From Octopus bimaculoides (lineage: Eukaryota): DNA of 35,601 bases. Position 1 is the stretch's first letter. Every line of letters starts with the position of its first letter. Below are positions 1 to 11,299 of the stretch, piece after piece. A program made the position numbers and the translations under genes. The stretch is from NCBI RefSeq assembly GCF_001194135.2, contig NC_068983.1, forward strand, positions 34,832,300-34,867,900, given 5' to 3'. The notes below the pieces were generated by a model that was given only the letters and a program-made list of their open reading frames with translations, searched no databases and had not been told where the DNA came from.

Positions 1-2110
1 TCTATTTATACGTGTGCTTTAAAGCACAAAAGGAAAGGAAAAGTGAGCTACTTACTGTTTGCAAGTTTTGTTTCCTCCTTGGATTTTTCACCAAGGAGGC
101 TATTGTACAATTTCTTGCACAAATATTTTTGACATCCCCCTACCGAGTTCGGGTAGAGGGAATTTATTTTGTGGTGCAATGCTGGTGATACATGATCAAT
201 TTTAATGTGTTTTGGCGGTGTTGTGTGTGAGTGGTTGTTTGTTTTGATGTCGTTATTTGTGATGTTTGTTTTAGAGTTGATGTAATTCATCAACTCTGTG
301 TTTGTACTGTCTATTGCTGTTAGCATTGTTTTTTGCATATTACTATTGGTGTTAGGTGTATTTTCGGGAGATGTGAATCTCCCTGCTTTGTTTGTGTTTG
401 CATTTTGTTTTGTTTTCTTCTTACTGCGCTTCCTCTTTCCTTTCGTAGCTATTTTCCNNNNNNNNNNNNNNNNNNNNNNNNNNNNNNNNNNNNNNNNNNN
501 NNNNNNNNNNNNNNNNNNNNNNNNNNNNNNNNNNNNNNNNNNNNNNNNNNNNNNNNNNNNNNNNNNNNNNNNNNNNNNNNNNNNNNNNNNNNNNNNNNNN
601 NNNNNNNNNNNNNNNNNNNNNNNNNTTTTCCACTCCTCCCTACTCTCTTCATCCGATGATGAGAGTTCTGGGGAGTCAGAAAGAGGTAACGGCAAATTTT
701 GTGCGTTTGTGTGTTTCTGTGAGTGTTTGTGTTGCTGTTTTTGTTGGTGTTGGCTGCTTGTTATTTGTGTGTGGTGTATGTGATATGGAGGAGGGAGAGG
801 CAGTCTTGGAATTTTCTTTTTTTTTCTCTTCTGTTTTTGCAGTTTCTGTTGTCTTTTCTGTTGTGGTTATTGCTGATATTTCTATTGTTGTTTTTTTGTG
901 TTGTTGGTGGTGTTGGTAGTAAAGTTTTTTTTTCTGTTGGGGGTATTTGGTAGTTGCTTCTGTTGTTGTTGTTGTTGCTGTTTATGTTTAGCGGCCAAAG
1001 GGCAGTCCTTTTTCAGATGTGCCTCGCTGTTGCATAGGTAACAGCGAGGTCGCCTGCCCTCTAACACCACATACAGCTTGTGGTCCTCTGCCAGTCTAAC
1101 GTTTGGAGGAATTTTCTGTGAAGCCCCCTCCGTGATGTGGAGAAGGATTTCCAGATTTTTCCCTCCCCAGTTCTTTTCCTCTGCGACCGTAATCTCCAAA
1201 ATATTTGCCTCCTCCATTTCGAGGCATACGCCATTGGGTGTCCACTTCCGATGGCACATTTTTTATTATTACTTTGGTCACTCTCTGTCCTAGATAACTC
1301 GGTATCATCACCAAGTTATCTGTGCTGAGAGAGAGTGTCGAAAATTGCTTAGCTAAATTTTCATTTAAGAATCTCACCTGTACCGTTCCAAATTTTCGTC
1401 CCCACGTGACATGATTTTGATGAATCCATACAGGTTTAAGACAAACTTCGATCTTATCTGTGCTAAAATTTTCTACACGTCTGGTTTTTATGTTTACCAG
1501 TTTATAAATGATGCATTTTTTGGTTTTTTTTCCATAATATCTTTTGGTATGTTTATTCTAACATCATCTCCTTCTTTCGTAAGAAGGGATTTTGTGTCTT
1601 TGATTTGTTGTTGTGTGAATGTCACTATTGTTCTTTTTTCCTTTAGAGCATTTGCGAAATTTGTTTTTGTTGTGCTGGCGGACATGTTCTTTTGGATATT
1701 TTTGTTTATGTTGGTGTATGTACTACCTGGTTCAAAGTTGGTGGTAGTGGCAGCAGAGTTTGTTGAACAGGTGAGAGGGCTGTTAGTAGCTGTAATCGCC
1801 GTCTTTGTGACGTTTACAGCAACTGCGTTCCTGTCACTGTGTGAGCACGTGCTACTCTGTTCTTTTTTCTCTTCTGGCATCTGAAGGCTCGGGAAATGCT
1901 CATCAAAAGAACAAGACAAGCGTTCCAAAATTATGTTTCTCTTGTATTTTGCTAGGGCCGAAAATACCCCTGGGGGCCAATTCCTGCCCTTGAAAATACA
2001 CAAAAATGAAGCCTAGGTGCTTCGCAACAAAAATATTTAAAAATTCCAACAAAATGTGGACAATAAAAGGTCAAATAAACGTTTACCTCTGCAGCCGATG
2101 TGACAGCACG
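1..2110 (-). mobile_element. Tx1/L1-like non-LTR retroelement, ORF1 (gag-like) region, frameshifted
   Basis: Minus-strand ORF pieces (1494-2003, 1096-1377, 882-1259, 48-695) join via frameshifts into one ORF1-like protein. It has an RRM-like block (KFGTVQVRFLNENLAKQFS...YLGQRVTKVIIKNVPSEV), the zinc knuckle GRRPRCYLCNSEAHLKKDCP and a T/K/N-rich low-complexity tail. The 5' boundary is approximate. Confidence 0.8.
48..1880 (-). pseudogene. Disrupted retroelement ORF1 with CX2CX4HX4C zinc knuckle (1002-1043)
   Basis: Probable ATG at 1880-1878 and stop at 48-50. At least 3 frame changes plus the gap at 458-625. CYLCNSEAHLKKDC matches CCHC spacing exactly. Confidence 0.75.
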
Positions 2111-2116
2111 TCTGTC

Positions 2117-2194
<78 letters not shown>
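2117..2194 (+). repeat. (GATA)n microsatellite
   Basis: Direct reading of about 19 units. Confidence 0.98.
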
Positions 2195-2359
2195 GTAAGT
2201 AGACAAGCAGACAGATATATAGAGCGATCTGCTTATACATACTTAAATTCAAATATTCATACAAATATTTATAAATATGCATACATATATCCATATAGGT
2301 CAATGTTTATGTCTTTGTGCTTCAATGTATGTATGTCAATAAGCATGTGCATTTATATA

Positions 2360-2880
2360 TCGGGATTTCGGACCAATCACTGACTCTCTGCATTGTGAAT
2401 TGTAGCTACACTGGCTTAGTCTAGAGAAAAGGAACGCGAAGGCCGTAGGCAGAAGATGGTATTCGTGAATAGTGAGGTTGATGCCAGTGGACTCGCTGCA
2501 GATCGATAACAGCAGACGAAATATGAGCCGAGAGATAAATGCAGGAGACTGAAGTTCGGAAGAATATCCTGGACTTCTGCTTAATGGGTGGAAACGGTAT
2601 GGGTGCTATGTGGTTAATAGGGGTCAGTGAGTGTTGAATGTGTTTGACAGTGACTCGTATAACTAGCCTACAGTAAGAGAAACCACTGCATTATCGCAGA
2701 AAAAGCATGGGAAATACATGTCTGTGCGCCATTGGTCAATGTGTCCTTTGAGCGTTTCCAAGCCAGGTAACTGAATGGTCTTGTAGCAGAACTGTTAAAG
2801 ATCTGAGAGCAATATTCTACAGTGGATTTCACCTGAAGTTTAAGTTCAATAGTTGCTGAGCTCTGGAGTATTTTCAAGTT
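2360..2880 (-). mobile_element. CR1/L2-like LINE 3' remnant (RT C-terminus)
   Basis: Minus-strand peptides KLQVKSTVEYCSQIFNSSAT (cf. KAQVRPxxEYCSHIW) and IFFRTSVSCIYLSAHISSAVIDLQR (cf. FFPRTSxLWNSLPxxVFPxxxDLQxFK). Confidence 0.6.
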
Positions 2881-2987
2881 TTGGAGAAAAATACATGACC
2901 GATCTGTTATGTGCTAGGCAGAGATGCTATCTGGTCAGATATATTTTGATGGTTAACTATTTGTATTATACATACACGCACACATGC

Positions 2988-3041
<54 letters not shown>

Positions 3042-3087
3042 GTATCACAAGCGCACTCTAAGTTATAGAGCGATCGAGATAAAGATA

Positions 3088-3600
3088 TTCATGGTTGGTC
3101 TGTGGCGTTACTCATGGTTTCATGTTCATAAATGACCTCTATAGAAAATGGAAGGAGAAAAATTCGTTACTGTTTGTTGACGTTAGACTTTTATCCGTAA
3201 TCGGCCCTGTTGGTTGATTGGTGGGACCCAAAATTTCAGTACGAATCTCCTGGAATGTAAGCAGGGTCCAAAGACTTCCGTCCTGGAGTTTAGGATGTTC
3301 TGTGGTTCGAGGGAGTTCTTTAATACCCTCGCCCGTTCAGCTAAGCACAGCTTACAACGCCTGTTCCCATTGATGTAGGGGTCTGGTTTTTCTAGGACCT
3401 TCTATGAAATTATGAGTGGAGTTCCTTCGTTTTTCAGCTGCCATACACGTCTGGCTAAGAACATAGCGTGTTTCTTCTCAGCTATTCTGAATGAGAAGTT
3501 GTGGTTGGAGAGGTGCTCCTTGAATGTTTCCGGAACATCCGATGTATCTTCGTGTACTGCTGCTGGTGACTATTAATGGTGACTGTTAATGTTGATGTGC
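3088..3600 (-). mobile_element. Penelope-like element, GIY-YIG endonuclease C-terminus plus 3' flank (left copy)
   Basis: Reverse complement reads RRYIGCSG-TFKEHLSNHNFSFR...VWQLK...KVLEKPDPYINGNRRCKLCLAE...ILNSRTEVFGPCLH, the typical PLE endonuclease end. Contains stops and a frameshift. Confidence 0.85.
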
Positions 3601-3814
3601 TACTACTGCAGCTGCACCATCGCCAATGATAACAATAATAACAACGACAACGGCCACCACGATAGCGCTGATAAGAGCTCCAACTGCAAGGTCGATGACT
3701 ATAGCAGCACAGAGAGTGCCAGCACCAACAACGCCACTAATGATGTCCCCTACGCCAGCAATAACGAAGCCAGTACCTACATCAACGCCAGCACAAACCC
3801 CAGCAACAGCAGAA

Positions 3815-4295
3815 GTATCAGGGTCAACGTCAACAGCAGCAGCGTCATCAGCAGTAGTACACGAAGATACACCGGATGTTCCGGAAACACATTCAAGCAG
3901 CGCCTCGCCAATCACAAATCCTCATTCAGGATCCCGGATTGGAGATCCACTACGTTCTTAGTCAGCCATGCATTTCGGCTGAAAGTCGAAATAACTCCAT
4001 ACGTAACCTGCTGGAAGATCCTAGAAAAACCAGGTCCCTACATGAATGGGAACAAACGTTGTAAGTTCTGCATAGCTAAATGGGTGAGGATATTAAAGAA
4101 CTCCCTTGACCTGGAAGACATCCTAAACTCCAGGACGGAAGTCTTCGGAGCCTAATTACATTTCAAGATATTGCTACTGAAGTCTTGGGATCCACGAGGC
4201 AACAGAGTCGATTACGGATAGCAATCTGAAGAAATGGTGTAAATCCAAGTGTTTTATGGACACGAAACTCTGAGTAACCCCATAGACCGGCCATA
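3815..4295 (+). mobile_element. Penelope-like element, GIY-YIG endonuclease C-terminus plus 3' flank (right copy)
   Basis: ORF 3589-4155 ends with RRYTGCSGNTFKQRLANHKSSFR...CWKILEKPGPYMNGNKRCKFCIAKWVRILKNS...ILNSRTEV. It is homologous to the left copy in inverted orientation. Confidence 0.85.
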
Positions 4296-4831
4296 ATTGT
4301 CTTTGTGTTTGTGTGTGTGTAATATATTTCACGTGAACATTATGTAATTCTCATATATCGATGAGAGTCTGTTTTTAGCAAGATCATATTTTGTATTCTT
4401 CAGCAAGATCTTCAATTACCATAGTAACGGCGCGTTCTTCTATTTCTCATGAGCCATTTTATTCCATATCATGTATGTTTGATGTAAGCAAGTATCTTCA
4501 TCAATGTTGTATATTGGGTGTAGCATCGAGCTTGAACTAAGATCTTCAACATGCTTGGCGAACTGCAAGGTTTTATTTCCATTGTATATTTCTGCCTGAG
4601 AAATTTGCACTTTGTGTAATGGTTGCATTCGTATTTGTGTCTAGTTTCTTTTGTTTGTAAACTTGTCATTCATGAATATATGACGTGAATTGTTTTTAAA
4701 GGTAAATGATAGCGATCAATTCAGGGTTCCATACTAATATGGATGTGGATGGGGGTAAAATATTATCTGATCCTAAATACATTGCTTTTTTTAAAGTTGT
4801 TTATTTTTTCTTTTCAAGTATTATCTTTTTG

Positions 4832-5050
4832 TCACTTTTACTTGTTTCAGTCAATTGATTTCGCCTATGCTGGAGCATCGCCTTGAGGGGATTTTTAGTT
4901 GAATAAATCAACCCTAGTACTTAATCTATCGTTCTCTTTTTGCCCGACTGCTAAGTTACGAGGACGTAAACACACCAACACTGGTTGTCAAGCGATGCTG
5001 GGGTACAAACACAAATACAAAGACGCATACATACACATACACATACACAC
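4832..5050 (-). mobile_element. Octopus tRNA-SINE 3' module (ACTTGTTTCAGTCA...ACGTAAACACACCAAC family)
   Basis: Same module recurs at 11180-11285 (+) and 21181-21420 (-). It abuts a CA/TG microsatellite. Confidence 0.8.
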
Positions 5051-5458
5051 ACTCACACATATATAATATATATATAGTGTGTGTGTGTGCGTGTGCCTAT
5101 GTGTGTGCGTGTGTGTGTGTGTATTAAAATAAGGATTCGGATAGAATCAGGTACTTGAAAAGATATGCACCAGGTAGGGTTGGATGAATCTGTTATTCCG
5201 GCCATGGTTCGTAAATATCAAATAGGATATTCCAGTGGTGTACACACAGAATAACCAAACCTATGAGTATTTAGCGCCTAGGAGCTGGTCCAAATTACAC
5301 GTTACGTTGAATAGTACGTTTTTGATACGCTGTAAGGTATCAGATAAGTTGTAAATACTCTTGATGTATTATAATCAAATGAATAATAGCATACGATGGA
5401 TAATTGTCAGCTCATGCATTTGATTGTGTGTGTGTGTTTCTGTGTGTGTGCGTACGTA

Positions 5459-5494
<36 letters not shown>

Positions 5495-5496
<2 letters not shown>

Positions 5497-5650
5497 GATA
5501 GGCTTCTTTCAGATTCCGTCTACCAACTCCACACCCAAACCACTGGTCGGTTCGAGGCTATAGTAGAAGACAGTTGTCTAAGGTGCCACAGAGTCGGACT
5601 GAACCCGGAACCATGTGGTTTTGTAAGCAAGCTTTTCACCACAAAGCCAC
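5495..5650 (-). mobile_element. tRNA-SINE head with CORE-like segment
   Basis: Reverse complement GTGGCTTTGTGGTGAAAAG...GGTTCCGGGTTCAGTCCGAC (A/B-box-like), then CACCTTAGACAACTGTCTTCTACTATAGCCTCG resembling CORE, then a (TA)n/(CA)n tract. Confidence 0.75.
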
Positions 5651-5960
5651 TATATCATTGTTTTGATTCCCGTTTTACTTATGTGCGCCAGTGACCTCGC
5701 AACATATAAGGTTTCTCGAAGTGACTCATAATATTATTGAATATTATTGAATATCAAATTAGATATAGAGATCGAGTGATTTCTACATTTAGGATTATTC
5801 TCTCAAGTATAAATTTGCTTACATTACTGATGTCAATCTAACGCTATGAATTAATGAGATGGGTGGCAATTTAGATAAATATTTAAAGCATAAATTGCGG
5901 TATTACGACCTCATTGTAAGTAACGATACCATCATAAATTTAAATACTCAATTCTGTTAA

Positions 5961-6170
5961 GTCGGCGTTCTGGCAGAGTCAGTAGCACTCCGAAAAGCTT
6001 AGTGACATCTCGTCTGTCTATAAGTTCGAAATTCAAATTCCTCCAAGATCGACTTTGCCTTTCATATTTTCAGCGTCGATAACGTTAGTACCAGTGGAGC
6101 ACTGAAGTCGATGTAATCTACTTTCCCCTCCCCCAGAAATTGCTGGCCTTGTTTCAATATTTCAATCCAG
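5961..6170 (+). mobile_element. tRNA-SINE, diverged copy (Meta/MESC-like central domain)
   Basis: GGCGTTCTGGCAGAGTCAGTAGCAC...TTCAAATTCC...GATCGACTTTGCCTTTCAT...GTCGATAACGTTAGTACCAG is homologous to 13185-13413. The domain name is from recall. Confidence 0.75.
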
Positions 6171-6974
6171 TATTCAGTTGTTTTGAACCGTTCATTCCAC
6201 TGTGTGGACATTTCTTAAACAAAATTCTTTTATGATATTCAGTTTTGGCAGAGTGTTTAACACGGTATTTAAAATATTTGTAGTCTAATTGATGTAGATT
6301 TCTAGTTTTAAAGGAACTGTATGTTGTTGGAATGGTAAATTGGTATTTTGATCTCTTTGTAAGGTATTTCAGATTTCGCTAAATCAAATCTTATATTTTC
6401 ATTCATGAGAAACATTCTTAGTTAAGTAACAATATGTCGGTAGGTGGACATTCAGAGAATTTAAATATGGCGTTGTGTTTTTCATTCGACTTGCTATTAT
6501 ATTTTAAATTGTTAAGTTGAAATAGCTTGAACAAAATTTGTCTTGGAAGATATTGAGAAGCTTTTAGTTGATGTGTCACTAAATTGCCTTAACATAATTC
6601 TTTTAAAGTGATTCACATTAGGAGGGTGTAACGTTATTACTGATATAGTTCGTGAACGACGTTTAATGCGCTCTATGCAAATGACAAGGCCCCGATAAGT
6701 GGAATACACACATACACATGCTACATAGGTATATAGCTTATATATACCCATTCCACTCTTTAGAAACTGTAGGCTTTTATTCACCTTTTTAGCCACATTA
6801 ATTACTGTTAGTTGTATATATGTAAGATCTAGGGATCCGAGTATAGGAAGTTAATTAGCCTCAAACGATAGACAGCTATAATAGAGAGAACAAAAAGTGG
6901 ACAGTACAGGATTAAATCAAAAATTATTAAGACCGTGGCATATCGAAGTTCCCATATCGAAGCTGCGAGGAATT

Positions 6975-7045
6975 TCGATTGGCTGTTGTTGGGGGCACCA
7001 AATTTTTAAGTGCTTAGGGCCTCTAAAGATCTTAATCTCACCCTG
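6975..7045 (-). mobile_element. Possible single end of a non-autonomous DNA transposon (MITE)
   Basis: Reverse complement CAGGGTGAGATTAAGATCTTTAGAGGCCCTAAGCAC...GGTGCCCC resembles CAGGGCCGGATTAAG-type MITE termini. No partner TIR found. Confidence 0.35.
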
Positions 7046-7782
7046 GTGGTGATGCACCGAAAAATGAAGTAAGGTTACAACTCAGATAAACTATAGCAAG
7101 ATTTGCAATTAGACCTATAAAGAGAGCCGTAAAATATACTGTAATGCATTCGGTCCGGCATTCTTCCCGCCAATCCACTGTTTTAGGTTCGTATATATTT
7201 TATCAAAAAGTCCTTTTCTTTTTGCTAACCGACTCTGCCACTTTTCCAGCCGACATCACAGGTTTTACCCAATACTTTCGTTTCTAAGGGGCCTTCTAGT
7301 CATCCCATTCTTGTAATAGCTGAAATAAAATGTCTAGGTGTAAAACATCTCATATCTTAGAGATTAGTGAAATGATCTACCTCAACTGAGAAACGAACCG
7401 AAATTACGGTGTAACCTGCTTCGTTTCTTATCAGAAGTATACGGCATTCGATAAAACAATCATAAGGATATATATAAAGAGAGATTGTAATGGATTTGGA
7501 GCTATAGGGAAAGTAGTATGCATCAGAGGTAGACAATGGTAAAGTCTAAAGCAATTACAATTAAATACCAGATATTTATGTCGTTGCATTGTGTCACAAC
7601 TATTTCTTTTCAGACTTAATATTTTGATCTTACCAGATTAAGTAAGGATTTATACATGCACATGCATGTGTATATGCATCTATATATATAAGTGCGTGTG
7701 TGTGTGTGTACTTATGTGTGTGCGCGTGCGCATGTAAGTGCTTGAATGCATGTGCAATTTGCTAGTATGCCTACATGTGAGA

Positions 7783-7823
<41 letters not shown>

Positions 7824-7897
7824 CATATATGTGTGTGTGAAAAGGTAAGAGCCAAGGATCAAGGTGTAGGAAGTTAATGAGCTTCAAGCGGTCTGTA

Positions 7898-7936
<39 letters not shown>

Positions 7937-8256
7937 CCTTTCGAGAACAATGGTGGTTTACTGGTGCTACTCTTCAGGCAAAATCACCTTGATTACATGA
8001 AGTTTACATTGTCGTTAGGAGATCTCGTGTTAACGCGCAAGGGGTTCCATAAGAATGCATAGAAAGCACAGTGTGAGAGGCAAACATATATGAAGAAGTA
8101 AAAATAAAAGAATGTCAGAACAAATATCACGAGGAAAGCTATGCAACATTTAAAAGCTTTCACCAAACAATTCAAATAGAATAGATATATCACCGTTTGA
8201 CGCTCTAAAATTCTGCCAGACCAAAAATTTGCATATCTAGACTTGCTCATATATAT

Positions 8257-9075
8257 TTAAATGATAAACTTCTGGGAAGTTTTACAGATTTTTACAGTTT
8301 CACTGATGGATTGGTTCTGTAGCCTTCGAATCAGCGTTCTCCTTTCTGCCTTTGAGAAGCCTAATTTATCAAGATCGGTATTTAGGCAGCGTGTTACATA
8401 TCCCAGATCCCCAATAATTACAGGTATAAACCTGAACTTGTAATCTGGATAGAGTAACTGCATGTTTCTTAACAGTTCAGCATAGGTTATCTCTTTTTCA
8501 CTGATCTTCAGTCTTATATTAACATTCGCTGGGCAGCTAATTTCCACAAATGTGCACAGTTTCTTTTCTTTCTGCCACATCATTATACCGGGTCTTACAT
8601 TTTATTGAGGCCTTCACTGTGACATTCAACCAGTATTCCTTTTTATTATGATTGGCTATGGCTTCTACCATATTGTGGGTTTTATTACTTTGACCTCGGG
8701 ATTACCTTTCCGACGGATTACATTATAGAGTGTCCTAGCTACAACATCATGTCTCATAGGTAGATGATACCATGATGACATTTTGGACAACTGCTTATGA
8801 TGTGGGTGATATCTTCAGTATGAACTCCACAAAGTCTGCATCGGCTGTCACATTTTACGGCTTTTCCTGCATCTCTATCTCTTTTGTGCATCAGGTACCT
8901 GGTTGATATTTCCTGTTCCTGGATTGCAAACGCATACCCTTCAAAGTGAGAGGCAGTAGTCCGGCTATTCGTCCATGATAAACTGCTTTGATGAGCGATG
9001 TTCTTATCAACATGGAGCTTTCTACTAACAAATCCATGCATAGTCTTCTACTCATATTGCCTGAAAATTGCAATT
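8257..9075 (-). mobile_element. Dong/R4-clade LINE 3' remnant (CCHC finger + restriction-like endonuclease)
   Basis: MHGFVSRKL...FEGYAFAIQEQEISTRYL...CRLCGVHTEDITHIISSCP...PMRHDVVARTLYN...KEYWLNV...LCTFVEISCP...FRFIPVIIGDLGYV. Frameshifted. Confidence 0.9.
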
Positions 9076-10858
9076 TTTGTATTTATACTTGTAGTTCCAT
9101 TGTTGAATTGCTACACTATTGATAACTAATATGCGGTAATTTTCAGGAAACTTTAGATCGCATGGCTATAAATATTTCTTTTTCATAGTTATTCTCCTTG
9201 TGAATGGCTGCATTGTTTCCTTATATTTTAGTGTAATTTCCTTACCAAAAGTTTTATCATTCTGGTCAATAGGTTCTCGGCAAACTTTGCATGTTGAAAT
9301 AATGTATTAAGATTTATGACCGGGAAAATAATTAATATTGAAATTTGGGTCCTCTTTGACATACATTTCAGAAACGTTTATTAAATACAAGCATACGTCA
9401 AGGTTATGTCAGTTATATTTTCTGGTATATCTCCCAAGATTTCGTATGTAAATTTGCGTGAGCTACAATTTTTTGCTTGATATTTTCCTTCAACGACTGG
9501 ATTTTTTTCAATGAAATTCTCATCTTTTGACCTCAAAAACATAGATGGCGGATTTGATGATAATTACCATAGATTTCGCTGTCCTTTACATTGAGAGTTG
9601 GTGCATACACCATGATATTTTTCAAGCTAATATGAGATTCCACAGCATCAATTTGTTTCGCTTTTTCAGTTCCGTTATTGATCAACTTGAAAGGTTATTT
9701 GATTTTAATAATTATATCTCTCTTTTACTATTTGAGAAATTTGAGACTATTGAACAGATTTGTTTTCCTAAGAGATATGGAATATTTACACGATTCACAC
9801 ATTGTCACTCCAAATTCACATTATCAAAAACAAAACACTTAAAATATAAAATTATTTAATTAAATTGCAGCTATTCCATTTCATTTCAAATTACATGATA
9901 ATCAAGAATAACATAGTAAACGACATTTGTAAGCGTGGATATTATCGTGCTCCTAATTACATCATGCCTCCTAGCGGGATCAATTTATAAGTAAGATAAG
10001 TTTAAATTACTTAAGATTTTGCGCTACAAAACTGTACAGAAGACTCCCTGTTTTTATACGTCTTTCAACTCATGCAGATGCCTGTGTACTCATGCATCAG
10101 TACATTTTGAGTACTTTATTGAAGATACGTTGCTGGTAAAAGTTGCATTAACTTTGTAGTCGGGAAATTTGCGGATGCATAGAGCGCCACGACGTGCGCT
10201 CATCCATTTGAGCGAGTGAGTTTAAGTCAATGAAAGATTGCACGGTCGTATGTCTGCTTACACACACACATACACACACACGCTTATATATATAAATACA
10301 TGTATAGTTATATTTATGTGTGTGTATGTATAAATATATGCATGTGAGCGAGTATGAAAGTAAACCATTTTTACATAATATAATTTATATTATATAACGA
10401 TGCCGATTTGTCAATGGGGAAATACGTACACATCATTTAATTGAAATGATAACGTTTTTCTGTTACATAAAATTCTGAATGTAAAGCAACTTGTTTTTCG
10501 GCGTATATATAAGACACGAATGTAGAGGAAATTATCGTGAAATAATTGAAATCTCAAAAACATGAAAACTATAAAGCCTCAGGTTTTGTATAATATTACT
10601 GCTGTATCTCTTTGTTATCCATTCAAAAAAAATAGCTATTTCCTACATTTCATTAATATTTGTGATATTATACATATTTGAGATATTTTACAGATATATA
10701 TATATATATATATATAGATATATATATATATATATATAAGCTTGTGTGAGATTTATATATATATATGTAAATAGATATATAAGTGTGTACACGCGCACGT
10801 TCTATTCCATATGCGTCTGTGTTTCTGTGTGTCTGTATGTGTCGGTGTTTCTGTGTGA

Positions 10859-10890
<32 letters not shown>

Positions 10891-10904
10891 ACATATGTTT
10901 TTCA

Positions 10905-11100
10905 AAATGTAACCATACGTGAATCGTTACCGATATTTTTCCTCCGTCTTCCTTTTCTATTGGACTTTCCTCTGTTTCTGAAGAACAACTTTTCTCGAAA
11001 CGTTATACCATCTTTCTTTCCGTCCCTGAGCGTCTGCTAATACTTTACATGTACCACGTCCTCCCGTTCTTGGTATTTTTCCGTTTGTTCGTCGATTTTT
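10905..11100 (+). mobile_element. Probable Penelope pLTR fragment with degenerate minimal hammerhead motif
   Basis: CTGAAGA (10978-10984)...CTCGAAACGTTA (10994-11005) inside a pyrimidine-rich segment resembling PLE pLTRs. Confidence 0.45.
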
Positions 11101-11140
11101 ATTTATATATGTATATTTGTATGTGTATGTATGTATATAT

Positions 11141-11179
<39 letters not shown>

Positions 11180-11183
<4 letters not shown>

Positions 11184-11285
11184 AAGAATAAGTTCTGGGG
11201 TCGATTTGCGCGACTAAAGGCGGTGCTCCAGCATGGCCGCGGTCAAATGACTGAAACACGTAAGAGAATAAAAAAGTAAAAGAGT
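11180..11285 (+). mobile_element. tRNA-SINE 3' module
   Basis: TACAAAGAATAAGTTCTGGGGTCGATTTGCGCGACTAAAGGCGGTGCTCCAGCATGGCCGCGGTCAAATGACTGAAAC, the reverse complement of the 4832 and 21181 modules. Confidence 0.85.
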
Positions 11286-11299
11286 ATATATGAAATATT

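Noticed and set aside
298-953. Plus-strand hydrophobic ORFs (F/V/L/C-rich)
   Set aside because: They are antisense to the K/T/N-rich ORF1 tail and span an N gap; a compositional artefact.
3589-4155. 188-aa ORF as an intact host gene
   Set aside because: The N-terminal half is translated low-complexity spacer. The C-terminal half is a truncated Penelope endonuclease with YIG mutated to YTG.
4380-4680. Short minus-strand ORFs
   Set aside because: No recognisable motif or splice structure.
6170-6780. Possible retroelement relic on the minus strand
   Set aside because: Only vague similarity (FKFSECPPTDIL); cannot support a family.
7150-7320. Possible mariner fragment (KTCD...QWI)
   Set aside because: Motifs are too weak and there is no TIR.
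9300-9720. IMVYAPTLNVKDSEI on the minus strand, resembling the RTE APE motif VYAPT
   Set aside because: A single short motif; neighbouring APE motifs are not convincingly present.
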